A stretch of DNA of 64,000 bases from Eledone cirrhosa (GCA_964016885.1 OZ024743.1:273296001-273360000); one strand, 5' to 3'; numbered from the stretch's first letter, positions 1-14,668 are shown. The notes: a model not told the origin generated them from the letters alone. Program-made: numbers and translations.

Positions 1-1146
1 AATCCCATACGTTATAAAATAAATAGGATAGGTTGCGGTCACAATATATGAACTAAACGACTAATTCTGGATTTTAAATGAATCAACGGAGACAACCAAG
101 AAAAATTACTGATTCTCCAAACAACCATGGTTATTTCAACACCCGCGATTACACCCCCACCTCGTTTATTCCACAACCTATGTTTAGGACCCGAAATCAC
201 TATCTTGCTGATTATGACTTCGTAAGCCACAGTAGGTTAGAAAGTGTTCATTATGAAGCGAAACGCTACTACTATCTTGAGAATTAAGTTTAAAATGATA
301 AAAATTCCCAATTAATATTAATTTAAAGATATTCAAATATTTTCTTTATTAACAATTCCTCTCTACTTTATTTGCTGATAACAAACATTTCATGATTGAT
401 ATAAGAACTCGTGAATTATAATGTAAACCTTCAATGCTTTTCGTTATTCAAAACATAGCCGATTTCTTGCTAGGTTGTACAGCTCACCTCATATGGCAAA
501 ATCAAACACCCCATAATATAGTTATGTGCCCCCAAATAGTATCTCGATAACTGTGATTAATTATAAAATATTATAAAATATTACTTACATTAATTTATGA
601 TAAACATGTTCATATCACAATAAGTTATTAAGTCATAGATAAGCAGAGGTCGATTTATCGATATCGGCAAATAGAACAAATACGATCAATTGGTAATAGG
701 TATTCGAGCAATTTGCTTATCGGTGCATCTCTTGTTTAATCTATTGTAATTCTTTTCATATCTCTGAAAACTTTGGTGGAATATAAATTCTTCAGATACA
801 TTTTGCATTTTCCTGAGAATAATTGGTTTAAATGTGTACTATGAAATCCTATTAGAATAATAGACTAAAGATGTTTTCTCTGTGTATGTAAGCAAGGAAG
901 TGATAATACATCATATAAGTATATATATTGTGCTAGAATACATAACAACATAAATTGCCTCGTTAATTTTTATTATCAGACGTAAACATTGTTTTCTCTT
1001 ACAACATTGTGTGTTGTTTCTATTATCAAATTTATCATAAATAAAACAATTTTTCTTTCTTCTCAAGGGACGGGAATTTGGAAAATCAAGCAAACGTAAG
1101 TTAAACGAATTAATATTTTACATCAATAATAATAATAGTAATAATA

Positions 1147-1600
1147 AGGGGTCTTTCCTAAACAGCAATGACACTCCACCTTTCATTCCGGGTTGACTAA
1201 GAGACGCGTAGATCTCAACGTCGTCGAGGATTGGGTGAGTGCGTGCGTGACAGAAATCCTGTTATCACTGACGGCTGTCACATCCACTGCTAGTGACCTG
1301 ATAACATCGAGGAAGCGGCCCTGCTTCTATGTGGACCCGAGGTCACGTACATTTAAACAACCTACTCATAGCACAGCCACGTTGGCCAGAAAGAAAGAAT
1401 AAGAAAAGGGGAGGAATACTTACCCCCTGGATGCTGCTAGAGGCCGGGTTGTTCGGCCTCCATTTTTGGTTGGTGGTGCTCTTTTGGAAACCCCTTTAAA
1501 TGCCTACGCGAAGCTTTCATATTTTTGATGCCCACGTCGTCGGGAAATCTCTATTTAATGTTATTATACGTGTTTACTAGCATCCGCACCTTCAGCAGTT
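1147..1600 (+). mobile_element. Possible highly degraded RLE-endonuclease fragment of a CRE-like non-LTR element
   Basis: Follows a (TAA)n run. The translation RRVDL..DW...AVTS...ARKKE*EK...G....PF..GG weakly resembles a PD-(D/E)xK RLE C-terminus; stops are present. Confidence 0.25.
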
Positions 1601-1699
1601 TTTGGGGCACTCCGAAGGTACAGGTGCCTTGACTTAGTGCCATAAAGGTCATACGTTTGTCACGTGAAAGCCGGTTTAATTAGAGGTGGTGTATTCCGA

Positions 1700-2424
1700 A
1701 CATATTTTAAATAAGATGAGGCTCAATTAGTGTTTGGGGGTTCTGTTTCAAAGGGGAGTGGGAGTATGTCTGCAGGTGTTTGAGTGTTGGTCTGTAAGTG
1801 TGTTTGAAAGAAGGAGAGAGTGAGCGGTTGATTGGGCGATCCCAGGGGCGGTTGGTGTTGTCTTCGATATCGTTGTTGATATGTTTGTCTTTGTTGCCGG
1901 TGCCGGTGATGGTGCAGCTGTTGATGTTGTTTATTGCTGATGATGTTGTTGATGCTGTGGTTTCCGTTTTGGCAACAATAGAGTACTGTGGTTTCTTGTC
2001 TTGGAGCATTATTTCCATACTGGTCCCAAACTAGTGTTCCCTCCCGGGTGTGCTTCAGATCTAGGACGGGGTTAGTTTTTACTCTAAGACGCTAGCCAGG
2101 ATCTACCACGTGTTATAACCTAGTGGGATACCACGAACCTTTACCCTTACTGTACTTCTTTCTTGGTATAATAGTACAGTATATAATGGCCCGTTCGGAT
2201 AGGGAGTTTAAAGTGTTTCACTGTCATATCTTCGCACATAAAGAGCACTGAAATGGTTGCGTGTTGCCTTGCCCTGTCAATATGATCTATGTCAGTCATT
2301 AGGTCTTACAGTACTCTTCCACAGTGATTCTGTCGTGCTACTTGTGGGTGTCTGGATTTGTTTTCCACATTTCTGTCCGACAAAGACCTTCGGTCCAATG
2401 CCGCGAACACCTATGTAGACCCTT
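1700..2424 (-). mobile_element. Degraded ORF1/gag-like LINE fragment
   Basis: Minus-strand translation with stops includes ALYVRRYDSETL and TVRVKVRGIP, followed by a T/N-rich low-complexity stretch (ORF 1707-2018). Abuts (TAA)n at 2426. Confidence 0.3.
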
Positions 2425-2425
2425 G

Positions 2426-2456
<31 letters not shown>

Positions 2457-2457
<1 letters not shown>

Positions 2458-4597
2458 CTGCCAACCATGTTCAATGACTGCTTGATGTCAGGTGAGGTAC
2501 CAGAGTGGTTGACAAAAGGTACCACAGTTCTGATAATGAAAGACCGAATCAAGGGTAATGATGTTACCAACTATAGACCTATCACATGTCTGTCCGTAAT
2601 GTGGAAACTGTTGACAAGCATTATGTCAGAGGAAATCTACCATCAACTCCACACAAACAACTTGTTACCGGACGAACAGAAAGGATGCCGAAAGAAGTCA
2701 CGTGGTACAAAGGACCAGTTACTTATTGATAAGATGGTAATGAGGAATTGCAAGAGGAGACACACTGGTCTTGTCATGGGATGGATAGACTACAAAAAGG
2801 CATTTGACATGGTGCCTCATTCTTGGATCACCAAAAGACTGGAGATCTTCAAGGTAACATCAGACAGTTGTTGGGCAAAAGTATGAAGTCCTGGGAAACA
2901 GAGTTAACATCAACTGTAGAATCCTTGGGAAGCGTGAAGATCAAGAGAGGTATCTTCCAGGGAGATAGTCTGTCCCCTCTGTTGTTTGTCCTTGCCCTGA
3001 TGCCCCTGATCAGTGTACTGCGAAAAGTGAGAGCAGTATACAGGTTGGGAAAGGGAGGGCTTACCATCAATCACCTCCTCTTCATGGACGATCTTAAGCT
3101 CTTCGGGAAGAGTGAGAAGGAGCTGGATGTGCTTGTTGACACTGTCCGTATTTTCAGCAATGATATGTGTATGCAATTTGGTATTAGTAAGTGTGGAGTC
3201 CTTGTGATGAAGAGGGATAAATTGAGCAGAAGTAACGAATCCAGGTACCAACATGTGAGATGATAAAGGAAATTGACTCTGAAGAAGGATACAAGTATTG
3301 GGGCGTTCTGGAGGCTGATGATATCAAGAACAAACAAATGAAGGACTTGATAAGAACTGACTACATTCGGAGAGTAAGGAGCGTATTACAGTCACATCTG
3401 AACAGTAGGAATGTCATAAGTGCAGTAAATTCCTGAGCTGTGTCTATTATTAGGTACAGTGCGGGAATTCTGAGATGGAATGTTGCTGAACAAAAAGAAA
3501 TGGATAGGAAGACTAGGAAGCTATTGACTATCTACAACATGTTCCACAAGAGGAGGGATGTCAATAGAGTCTACTTAAGGAGATCTGAAGGTGGAAGAGG
3601 TCTTATCAGCATAGAGGACTGTGTTCAGATGGAGAAAAACAACCTACACAAATACGTGACTGATAGTAAGGAGCCAATGCTCAGAAATATACTGAAGGAG
3701 GGGGACAATAGGCCAGGGGATGTTCAAGGAGGAAATAACATCAAGGAGAAAGAGAAGCCTTCAGGAAAAATCCCTTCATAGTACCTTCTTTGAGAAAACT
3801 GAATTTAGAGATCCACAGACATGGAACTGGTTGAAAAGAGGAGACCTTAAAAAGGCTACAGAAGGAATGCTAATGACTGCGCAAGAGCAGGCCCTCAAAA
3901 TAAAGAGGGTTGAAACACCATATTTACAAGGAGGAGGCTAGCCCACTGTGCAGGATCTGTGGAGAGAGAGAGAGGAGACTGTGGCTCACATTGTATCCGA
4001 GTGTAAACACCTAGCCCAGACTCACTATAACGGCTGGAGACATGATGTGATGGGCAGGATGATCCACTGGCACCTATGCAAAGTAAACAATTTACCACAT
4101 TCTGAGAAGTGGTATGAGCATGAGCCAGAGGCGGTGATAGAAAACGATCAGGTGAAGGTGCTGTGGGATTTTAGGATACAGACGGACAAGAAACTGGAAC
4201 ACAATAGACCTGACCTGGTGGTTGTGGACAAAGAAAAAAGATCGTGCCTGATTGTGGATGTGGCCTGCCCATTCGACACAAGAGTGCAAGAGAAGGAGAG
4301 GGAGAAAATTAACCGATACCAGGACTTAAAGTGGGAGGTAAAAAGGATTTGGAACTGCCATGAAGTCAAAGTGATCCCGATTGCCATAGGTGCACTAGGG
4401 ACTATCTCAAAAAGTTTCCAGGGATGGTTAAAGAAAATTGGCCCCTTCACACTTTTTGGAACGCTTCAAAGGGCATGCTTGCTGGGAACAGCAAGAACCC
4501 TCCGATACGTCCTGAATATCTGAGGCTGCAGGTAGCGGCTTGATATTCATTTCAACAAACTTTCCTGTTAACTAACATCAATGACTGAGACTCAAAA
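2457..4597 (+). mobile_element. R4/Dong non-LTR retrotransposon family A, copy A1 (5'-truncated, frameshifted)
   Basis: RT motifs [38 protein letters not shown]; CCHC knuckle; RLE motifs RHD, HNRPDL, DVACP, IGALG. Flanked by (TAA)n on both sides. Confidence 0.93.
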
Positions 4598-4634
4598 ATA
4601 ATAATAATAATAATAAGAAGAAGAAGAAGAAGAA

Positions 4635-7602
4635 ACATCCTGAAAACAGAGGCTATATTGACAGTAACAAACTAGCCAATATACGAAGAAATATTGTAAA
4701 AAAAAGTTACTAACTGATATAGAAATTGATAGAGATCAAGCTATTAGCACAAAGTCAGCGAAGGGAAAATGAAACATGTGTCAGTGAAAACGAGGTAAAT
4801 TGTAACACATCGAGTCCCAGAACAAATTAAAGAAAGGATCGAAAAAGTGGAGGGAGTGCATGCTCAAGTTGAAACTCAAAATGAAAACAATGAGATCGTA
4901 AATGATAAAGAAATGAATGAGAATGAACTTGCCAACTTGAAGGATAAAATTATGATCGAATGGATGAAAATGAAAGAATCTGACATGGGGGAACGAAACA
5001 ACCTCCCTAAGATCCAGAACTCCAAACAGAACCAAAAGATAATACGCAAGACTAACATAATTATCAAAAACATTATCATCACAAACAAACTAAACATTAC
5101 TGATTTAAATCATCTCTATTATGCATCGGCTAAAGTCAGCACTCACTTATGTGGAGTGAAGATGAAAAAACAAAGGAATTCCCACAAGAAATCTACTTGG
5201 CAAGAGAACATCAATCGCCAAATAAACCTTCTCCGATCTGACATAGACATTTTAACAAACTATAAAGTAGGTGAACATGTTAAACAAACTAAACTTAGAA
5301 AATTGAAAAGAAAGTACAGTATAAAATCAACAAGTGACATATACATGCTGATAGAAATAATCAATCAAAAAGTGTCGGCCAAAGCTTCTCGTATAAGGCG
5401 CTTTGAAAAACGATCTAGATTCTATAAGGACAATAATATGTTCAAAAACAACCAAAGAAACTTCTACATAAAAATTGGTAAGTCAACAATAACTGCTAAA
5501 TCAATACCACCCAAGGAGGAAGTGCAAGAATTCTGGGAAGAGATCTGGGCCGAAAAGAAAGTTCATAATATACATGCCCCATGGATAGAGAGACACATGA
5601 AAGATACAGCTCACCTTGAGGAACAAATATGGGAAAATATAACAGTTGAACAGTTGCGTTTGGCTCTTAGAAAAACCAGCAAATGGAAATCCCCAGGAAA
5701 AGACAAAATACCAAATTTTTGGATAAATGCCTTCACAGAGTCTCATGAGGTGTTAGCCCAAATTTACAATGAAATAGTTAAGGAGCCAGAAAAGATACCA
5801 TCATGGCTAGTTAACGGCATTACATTCCTGCTTCCGAAGAATGATGAGACAAACAATCCAAAAAATTACAGACCGATAACTTGCTTGATCACAATGTATA
5901 ACATTTTAACATCAGTCCTAAATGAATATACATATGACCACCTGATAACAAATGATCTATTTCCCATTGAGCAGAAAGGGTGTAAACGAGGATCAGCTTT
6001 TGGTTAACAAAATGATACTGGAAGATTGTCATAATAGACATACAAATCTATCAATTGCTTGGATAGATTATAAAAAAGCATTCGATAGTTTGCCACACAG
6101 TTGGATTGAAAAATATTTAGAGATTTTCAAAATAACTCCCGTTGTCAGGAGATTTTTGTCATTCAGTATGAAGACATGGAAAACGACACTCCTTTTGAAT
6201 AGTGAAACAAAATCACTGGAAGCTGGAGAAGTTAATATTAATTGTGGACTTTTTCAGGGTAACTCTTTTCACCGCTTTTACTCTGCATCGCACTTATACT
6301 ATTAAGTAAAATGCTCAATGAAACAAAACATGGATATAAAGTAATGACAAAACAATTAATTACTTGTTCTACGTGGATGACCTGAAATTATTTGCATGAA
6401 TGATGAACAATTGCAAGGGCTATTATCCACTGTGGAGCAGTTCAGTGATGGCATTAAAATGGAGTTTGGACTAGATAAATGCGCCAAAGCAACGTTCACC
6501 AGAAGAAAGCTGCTGAAAATATCAGACATTAATCTTGATCGGGGGAATCTTGATAAGACAACTTGATTAAGGGGAAACTTACAAATATCTAGGTGTTTGT
6601 GAAGGAGACGGAATCAAGCACTTGACAATGAGGGAAAGGATAAGGAAGGAATGTTACCGCAGAGTAAGAGCAATCTTAAGAACAGAATTGAATGCAAGGA
6701 ATAGGATCGATGCCATAAACACGCTTGCCACACCAGTAGTAACCTACAGTTACAATGTCATCAACTGGTCAAGCACAGAGATCCGTAGGCTCGATACAAA
6801 AATTCGAAAATTCTTAACCATGCACAGAATGCATCACCCTAAGGCAGATACAGATAGAATATATCTCCCTAGGAAAGAAGGAGCACGTGGGTTAATCCAG
6901 TTAGACATTGCGTTGAAAACTGCAACAATTGGATTGTCTACATATCTAAGGGAATCACATGATTGGAGGATCAAACTCGTTTTGAAACACGAAAGCATCA
7001 AAAGATCATACTCCATTACAAAAGATGCACAAAGATACTGTAATGGAGTACAAATTTCAGAAGTCCCATTTACTGCTGAAATAGAAAACACAGAAAAAGT
7101 AAAGCAGGTAAAAGTAACTGCAAAGAAAGAACTGCTACAGAAACTGGCTAAGAAATGGCAAGAAAAGCCTCTGTATGGAAAATACCCAGAACGAGCTAAC
7201 AATCCTGATGTTGACAAAACTTTAACCCATCAGTGGTTGGCATCCTCTGGACTGAAAACGGAGACTGAAGGACTTATTATATCAGCACAAGATCAGTGTC
7301 TGCCAACAAAAAATTACTAAGCCAACATAATAAAAAATGGATGCAGCCCATGATGCCGTGTATGCAAAAAACAACCAGGAAACTCGCGTATAGGAGAAAT
7401 ACAAAAGATAGTATTAATGGGAACTGCCCATATACTAAGGAATATTCTGTCAATATAAGTACATCACAAGTCTAAACACTAAAGATGCATGTGTGAGTAT
7501 GTATGTTCTTTCTTGAACATAGCGGACCTTGTTGTCTCTTGAGGTCACTGGTTGTGACTTGGTGATAACTCGTATGAACATAAAGCAAGATAAATGCAAC
7601 TG
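4635..7602 (+). mobile_element. R4/Dong family B, copy B1 (5'-truncated, RLE region deleted near 7380)
   Basis: ORFs 4847-6007, 5952-6305 and 6622-7320 with [31 protein letters not shown]. Ends in (TAA)n. Confidence 0.92.
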
Positions 7603-7625
7603 TAATAATAATAATAATAATAATA

Positions 7626-7947
7626 CTTTCTTTATTAACCACAAGGGTTTACATAAAATAGACATTAAAGACAGTACAGGACAATACAGGACGGTATAAA
7701 TGGGCATTTCTGCGTGTAAAAAACAAAAACAGAGGATGTAATAAAATAACAATGAAAAATTCCCCAATAGGGGGGAGACTTCGGAGGAACATTTGTGGAG
7801 AAAGCCCATTAAAAGGCCACACTGATCCTGACCACCAGGGCAAGTGCCCTCTCCCAGTTTTCCACCTTTAATTTACAGACACATACTCAGAGTAGGCCCA
7901 TTCACTCGGGCCATTCTTCCTTCTCTCACCCATCTTTCAACAAAATG
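7626..7947 (-). mobile_element. 3' end of an L1/Tx1-like LINE inserted antisense into the TAA run
   Basis: Minus strand reads FVERWVREGRMARVNGPTLSMCL*, then a 3' UTR with AATAAA immediately before the (TTA)n tail. Confidence 0.45.
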
Positions 7948-10745
7948 CTAGGACAAGATTTGGTTGATATCCTGAACTTAGTGGTAGATGAAATGAACAA
8001 TGCTAGTGGAAAACCTATGAACCTAAGATTTGTAGACACGAAAAAGTTTAAAGAAACAACAGCTAAGGTAAACCAAGTCATCTCATACCTTGAGGCGAGG
8101 AAACTTCACCAATGCAACAATATCCTCAAAGCAAGAGCAAATGCGGTGAGGAAATTACTTGGCATAAAAACAAGACGAAACAACAAATAAGAAATATCAG
8201 AACCTTGTTGGAAGAAACGACTGAATGGTCAAATCAGAGAAATGAGAAGAGACATTCGAAACTTGAGACCTTACAGAATGGGACATATAAAAACATAGAC
8301 ACTAAAGATATATTGGACAGCTTGAAGGGCAAGAAAGAGGCAACGACGTGATCCCTGAGGCGGAACAGACTAAGACATTCTGAAGAGGAATATGGGAAGA
8401 GGATGTTGAACATAATGATCAGGCAGTGTGGATTGAGACAGTTCAAAAGGAGATTAGTGAACAAGCACACCAACAACCTGATTTGAGTATCACAGTTGAA
8501 ACTCTTAAAGAGCAGGCCAAAAAACAAACCAACTGGAAATCACCAGGCCCATATGGTGTGCAGCGGTATTGGATGAAACATATAACATCCCTCCACCCGA
8601 AACTGACAACCATGTTCAATGATTGCTTGATGTTGGGTGAGGTACCAGAGTGGTTGACAAGAGGTAACACAGTTATGGTAATGAAAGACCGAATCAAGGG
8701 TAATGATGTTACCAAATATAGACCTGTCACATGTCTGTCCGTAATGTGGAAACTGTTAACAAGTATTGTGTCTGAGGAAATCTACCATCACCTCCACATA
8801 AACAACTTGTTACCGGACGAACAGAAAGGATACTGAAAGAACTCCCGGGGTACAAAAGACCAGTTACTTATTGATAAGATGGTAATGAGGGATTGCAAGA
8901 GGAGACACACTCGTCTTGCCATGGGATGGATAGATTACAAAAAGTCATTCGACATGGTACCTCATTCTTGGATAACCAAAGACCTAGAGATCTTCAAGGT
9001 GGCAGATAACACCAGACAGTTGTTGAGCAAAACTATGATGTCCTGGGAAACAGAGATAACATCGGGTGGAGAAACCTTGGGAGGCGTGAAGACCAAGAGA
9101 GGTATCTTCCAGGGAGATAGTTTGTCCCCTCTGTTGTTTGTCCTTGCCCTGATACCCCTGATCGTTATATTGCAAAAAGTGAGAGCAGAATACAAGTTGG
9201 GAAAAGGAGAGCTTACCATCAACCACCTCCTCTTCATGGACGATCTTAAACTCTTTGGGAAGAGTGAGAAGGAGTTGGATGTACTTGTTGACACTGTCCG
9301 TGTTTTTAGCAATGGTATATATATGGAATTTGGTATTAATAAGTATGAAGTCTTAGTGATGAAGAGGGGTAAATTGAGCAGAAGCAACGGAATTCAGGTA
9401 CCAACAGGTGAGATGATAAAGAAAATTGACACTGAAGAAGGATATAAATATTTCGGTGTTCTGGAAGCAGATGGCATCAAGAACTAAACAATGAAGGAAT
9501 TGACAAGATATGAGTACATAAGGAGTGTAAGGAGAGTATTAAAATCACATCTAAATAGTAGGAATGGCATAAGAGCAACGAATTCCCGGGCTGTGTCTAT
9601 TATTAGGTATAGTGCGGGAATTCTGAAATGGAATGTTGCTGAACAAAAAGAAATGGATAGGAAGACTAGGAAGCTATTGACTATCTACAACAAGTTCCAC
9701 AAGAGGAGTGATGTCGATAGACTCTACCTAAAGAGATCTGAAGGTGGAAGAGGTCTTATCAGCTAAGAGGATTGTGTTCAGATGGAGAAAAACAACCTGG
9801 ACAAATACGTGACTGACAGTAGGGAGCCAATGCTCAAAATTGTACTGAAAGAGAAGACAATAGACCAGGGGATGTCCAAGGAGGAAATAACATCAAGGAG
9901 AAAGAGAAGCCTTCATGAAAAATCCCTTCATAGTACCTTCTTTAAGAAAACTGAATTTACAGACCCACAGACATGGAACTGGTTAAAAAGAGGAAACAAT
10001 AAAAAGCTAAAGATGGATTGCTAATGGCTGCGCAAGAGCAGGCCCTCAGAACAAAGTGGGTGAAACACCATACTTACAAGGAGGAGGCTAGCCCACTGTG
10101 TAGAATCTGTGGAGATAGAGAGGAGACTGTTGCTCACATTGTATCCGAGTGTAAACACCTAGCCAGACTCACTATAACGGCTGGAGACATGATGTGTTAG
10201 TCTGGGTGATCCACTGACATCTATGCGAAGTAAACAATTTACCACATTCTGAGAAGTGGTTTGAGCATAAGCCAGAGTCGGTGATAGAAAACTATCAGGT
10301 GAAGGTGCTATGGGATCTAAGCATACAGACGGACAAGAAATTAGAACATAATAGGTCTGACCTGGTGATTTTGGACAAGGACAATAAGATGGTGCCTTAT
10401 TGTGGATGTAGCCTGCCCATTCGACACGAGAGTGCAAGAGAAGGAAAGGGAGAAAATTAACCGATACCAGTACTTAAAGTGGGAGGTAAAATGGATTTGG
10501 AACTGCCATGAGGTCAAAGTGGTCCCGATTGTCATAGGCGCACTAGGTACTATCTCAAAGAGTTTCCAAGGATAGTTAAAGAAATTTAGTCCATCACCGC
10601 TTTTTGGAACACTTCAAAAGGCATGCTTGCTGGGAACAGCCATAACCCTCCGATACGTCCTGCATATCTGAGACTGCAGGTAGCGGCTTGATATTTATTT
10701 CAACAAACTTTCCAGTTAAATAACATCAATGACTGAGACTCAAAG
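7948..10745 (+). mobile_element. R4/Dong family A, copy A2 (5'-truncated, degenerate)
   Basis: Homologous to A1/A4 throughout (ORFs 8426-8836, 8879-9487); same 3' UTR, then TAA. Confidence 0.92.
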
Positions 10746-10763
10746 AACAATAATAATAATAAT

Positions 10764-13700
10764 AATGAGAATGAACTTGCCACCTTGAAGGATGAAATTA
10801 TGATCGAATGGATGAAAATGAAAGAATCGGACATGGGGGAAAGAGACACTCTCTCTAAGATCCAGAACTCCAAACAGAACCAAAAGATAATACACAAGAC
10901 TAACATAATTATCAAAAACATTATCATCACAAACAAACTAAACATTACTGATTTAAATCATCTCTATTATGCATCGGTTAAAGTCACAACTCACTTATGT
11001 GGAGTGAAGATGAAAACACAAAGGAATTCCCACAAGAAATCTACTTGGCAAGAGAACATCAATCGCCAAATAAACCTTCTCCGATCTTATATAGAAATTT
11101 TAACAAACTACTAAGTAGGTGAACATGTTAAACAAACAAAACTTAGAAAATTGAAAGGAAAATACAGTATAAAATCAACAAGTGACATAGACATGCTGAT
11201 AGAAATAAACAACCAACAAGTGTCGGCCAAAGCTGCTCGTCTAAGGCGCTTTGAAAAACGATCTAGATTCTATAAGGACAATAATATGTTCAAAAACAAC
11301 CAAAGAAACTTCTACAGAAAAGTTTGCAAGTCAACAATAACTGCTAAATCAATACTACCCAAGGAGGAAGTGCAATAATTCTGGGAAAAGATCTGGACCG
11401 AAGAAAAATTCATAATATACAACCCCCATGGATATACAGACAAATGAAAGACACAGCTGACCTTGACGAACACATATGGGATAATATAACAGTTGAACAG
11501 TTGCGTTTGGCGCTTATAAAAACAAGCAAATGGAAATCCCCAGGAAAAAGACAAAATACTATATTTTTGGATAAATGCCTTCACAGAGTCTCATGAGCTG
11601 TTAGCCCAACTTTACAATGAAATAGTTAAGGAGCCAGAAAAGATACCATGATGGCTAGTTAACGGAATTACATTCCTACTTCCGAAGAATGATGAGACGA
11701 ACAATACCAACAATTACAGACAGATAACAAGCTTGACCACAATGTATAACATTTTAACATTAGTCCTAACTGAATATACATATGACCACCTGATAACAAA
11801 TGATCTATTCCCAATGAGCAGAAAGGGTGTAAACGAGGCTCATATGGCTGTACAGATTATCTTTTGGTTAACAAAATGATACTGGAAGATTGTCATAATA
11901 TACACAAAAATCTATCAATAGATTACAAAAAAGCATTCGATAGTTTGCCACACAGTTGGATTGAAAAATGTTTAGAGATTTTCAAAATATCTCCCGTTGT
12001 CAGGAGGTTTTTGTCATTCAGTATGAAGACATGGAAAACGACACTCCTTTTGAATAGTAAGACAAAAATCACTGGAAGCTGGAGAAGTTAATATTAATTG
12101 TGGAATTTTTCAGGGTGACTCTTTATCACCGCTTTTATTCTGCATCGCACTTACCATTAAGTAAAATGCTCAATGAAACAAAACATAGATATAAAGTCTA
12201 TGACAAAACCATTAATCACTTGTTCTACATGGATGACCTGAAACTATTTGCAAAAAATGATGAACAATTGCAAGGGCTCTTACCCAAAGTGAAGCAGTTC
12301 AGTGTTGACATTAAAATGGAGTTTGGACTAGATAAATGCGCCAAAGCAACGTTCACCAGAGGAAAGGTGTTAAAAAGTTCAGACATTAATATTGATCGGG
12401 GGAATATGATAAGAGGATTTGATCAAGAGGAAACTTACAAATATCTAGGTGTTTGTGAAGGAGACGGAATCAAGCACTCGACAATGAGGGAAAGGATAAG
12501 GAAGGAATGTTACCGCAGAGTAAAAGCAATCTTAAGAACGGCATTGGATGCAAGGAATAGGATTGATGGTCAAGCACAGAGATCCGTAGGTTCGATTCAA
12601 ACATTAGAACATTCTTAACCATGCACAGAATGCATCACCCTAAGGCAGACACAGATATAATATATCTCCCTAGGAAAGAAGGAGGACGTGGGTTAATCCA
12701 GTTAGATATTGCGTTGAAAACTACAACAATTGGATTATCTACATATCCAAGGGAATCAATGATTGGATGTTCAAATTCGTTTTGAAACACGAAAGCATCA
12801 AAAGATCATACTCCATTACAAAAGATGCACAAAGATACAGTAATGGAGTACACATTTCAGAAGTTCCATTTACTGCTGAAATGAAAAGCACAGAAAAACA
12901 AAGCAGGTAAAAGTAACTGCAAATAAAGAACTACTACAGAAACTGGCTAAGAAATGGCAAGAAAAGCCCCTGTAATGAAAATACCCAGAAAGTGCTAATA
13001 ATCCTGATGTTGACAAAACTTTAAACCAACAGTGGTTGGCATCCTCTCGACTGAAATCGGAGACTGAAGGTCTAATTATATCAGCACAAGATCAGTGTCT
13101 GCCAACAAAAAATTACTAAGCCAACATAATAAAAAATGGATGCAGCCCATTATGCCGTGTATGTAAAAAACAACCAGAGACCATTGATCATATAATTTCA
13201 ATGTGCAGTCCTATAGCTCCAACCGAATACCTAAACAGGCATGACAGCTGCACAATACATACATTGGATAACGTGTAAGCATTTTGACCTGCCCCATTAA
13301 AAGAATTGGTGGGAGCATCAACCACCTCCCATACTTGAAAAAGATCACATCTCAATCTTGTGGAATTTTAGCATCCAAACAGACCGAAAAATAGATGCAA
13401 ATAGACCTGATATAATACTGAAGGACTTTAAAAAGAGGGTGTGCCTGCTAATTGATATGTGCATTCCAATAGACAAGAATGTATCTATAAAAACATTTGA
13501 AAAATTGAGCAAGTATAAGGACCTGGAGATAGAAATTAAAAAAATGTGGAAATTGAGAACTAAAACAATAAATACCAGTGGTTGTAGGCGCACAAGGAAT
13601 GATACATACGGAGTCTAATGATTACTTATCGCAAATCCCAGGAAACCCGCGTATAGGAGAAATACAAAAGCTAGTACTAATGGAAACTGCCCATATACTA

Positions 13701-13866
13701 AGGAAGATTCTGTCAATATAAGTACATCACAAGTCTAAACACCTAAAGATGCATGTGTTTGTATGTTTGTTCTTTCTTGAGCATGTCGGACCTTGTTGTC
13801 TATTGAGGTCACTGGTTGTGAATTGGTGATAACTCGTATGAACATAAAGCAAGATAAATGCAACTG
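10764..13866 (+). mobile_element. R4/Dong family B, copy B2 (5'-truncated, degenerate)
   Basis: Homologous to B1/B6; FYMDDLKL, ANRPDIIL, IDMCIP; same 3' UTR, then TAA. Confidence 0.92.
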
Positions 13867-13919
13867 TAATAATAATAATAATAATAACAAGAAGAAGAAG
13901 AATAACATTTATTTTTTAT

Positions 13920-14495
13920 GGATCATTTTTGTAAATATCAGGTACTTAAATGTTAAAAGATCTGGATATTTCAATTGGTATTCAACAAGTTGACAAAGGT
14001 CCTCTCCTGTGTGTTTCTTACATATTTAAAGTACCAAGCTATGTTGCTTTCTTTGGTTTTCACATAATTTTCGCTACGTATTAGTCTTCTACCTCCTAAT
14101 TTTCTTTCGGCGTGGAGTTATTTATGCAATTTCATCCATTTCTTAGTTTTCTTAACAATATTTTCCAGTTCATCGTTCCTCCATTTAATAACTGCTATCC
14201 TATATCGTAGGAAAGAAAGAGCTAATATATTCGTTGAATTCATCTTATTCCTTCCATTCAATTAAGACGCCATTACCAGTCTCACCCGCCATTCTTTCTC
14301 TACGTGTTAAATCTATTTATATTTACTTTAGAGTGTAAAACTCCGTACACTGCCATCCATTTTCTCGACTCTCTATCCAACTTTGCTGTTTCTTCTTCAA
14401 TCCAACTGAAAATGGACGTAGTATATCTCAACACTGCAACTGCCTAGGTATTAATTACAGTGACGACTAGATTTCTCGCATTCAGGTTGAATATT
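13920..14495 (-). mobile_element. Old degraded Dong-like RT-thumb fragments
   Basis: Minus strand reads LNARN..INT*AVAVLRY..W....LDRESRK..LHSK and a second similar LRY...KW...TKK..LH stretch. Confidence 0.55.
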
Positions 14496-14504
14496 TATTA
14501 TTTG

Positions 14505-14668
14505 GATTGACAGTATTGGTAGAGAGTCGGACACCATGCTTCGTAGCATAGTGTTACGGCCCTTTACATTCTGATTTCAAATCCTGCCAAGGTTACCTTT
14601 GCTTTTCATCCTCACAGGGTCGATAAGATAAAGTGGCCTTGTTCCTATATAAGAAACCATTATTATTA
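14505..14668 (+). mobile_element. SINE (same family as 35254 and 55167)
   Basis: Shared core TTCAAATCC...CTTTGCTTTTCATCC...GGGTCGATAA..TAAAGT...GGCCTTGT, with an ATT tail. Confidence 0.7.

Noticed and set aside
78-287. 69-aa ORF with a possible GTAGGT donor near 232
   Set aside because: No recognisable domain or good acceptor; cannot be supported without transcripts.
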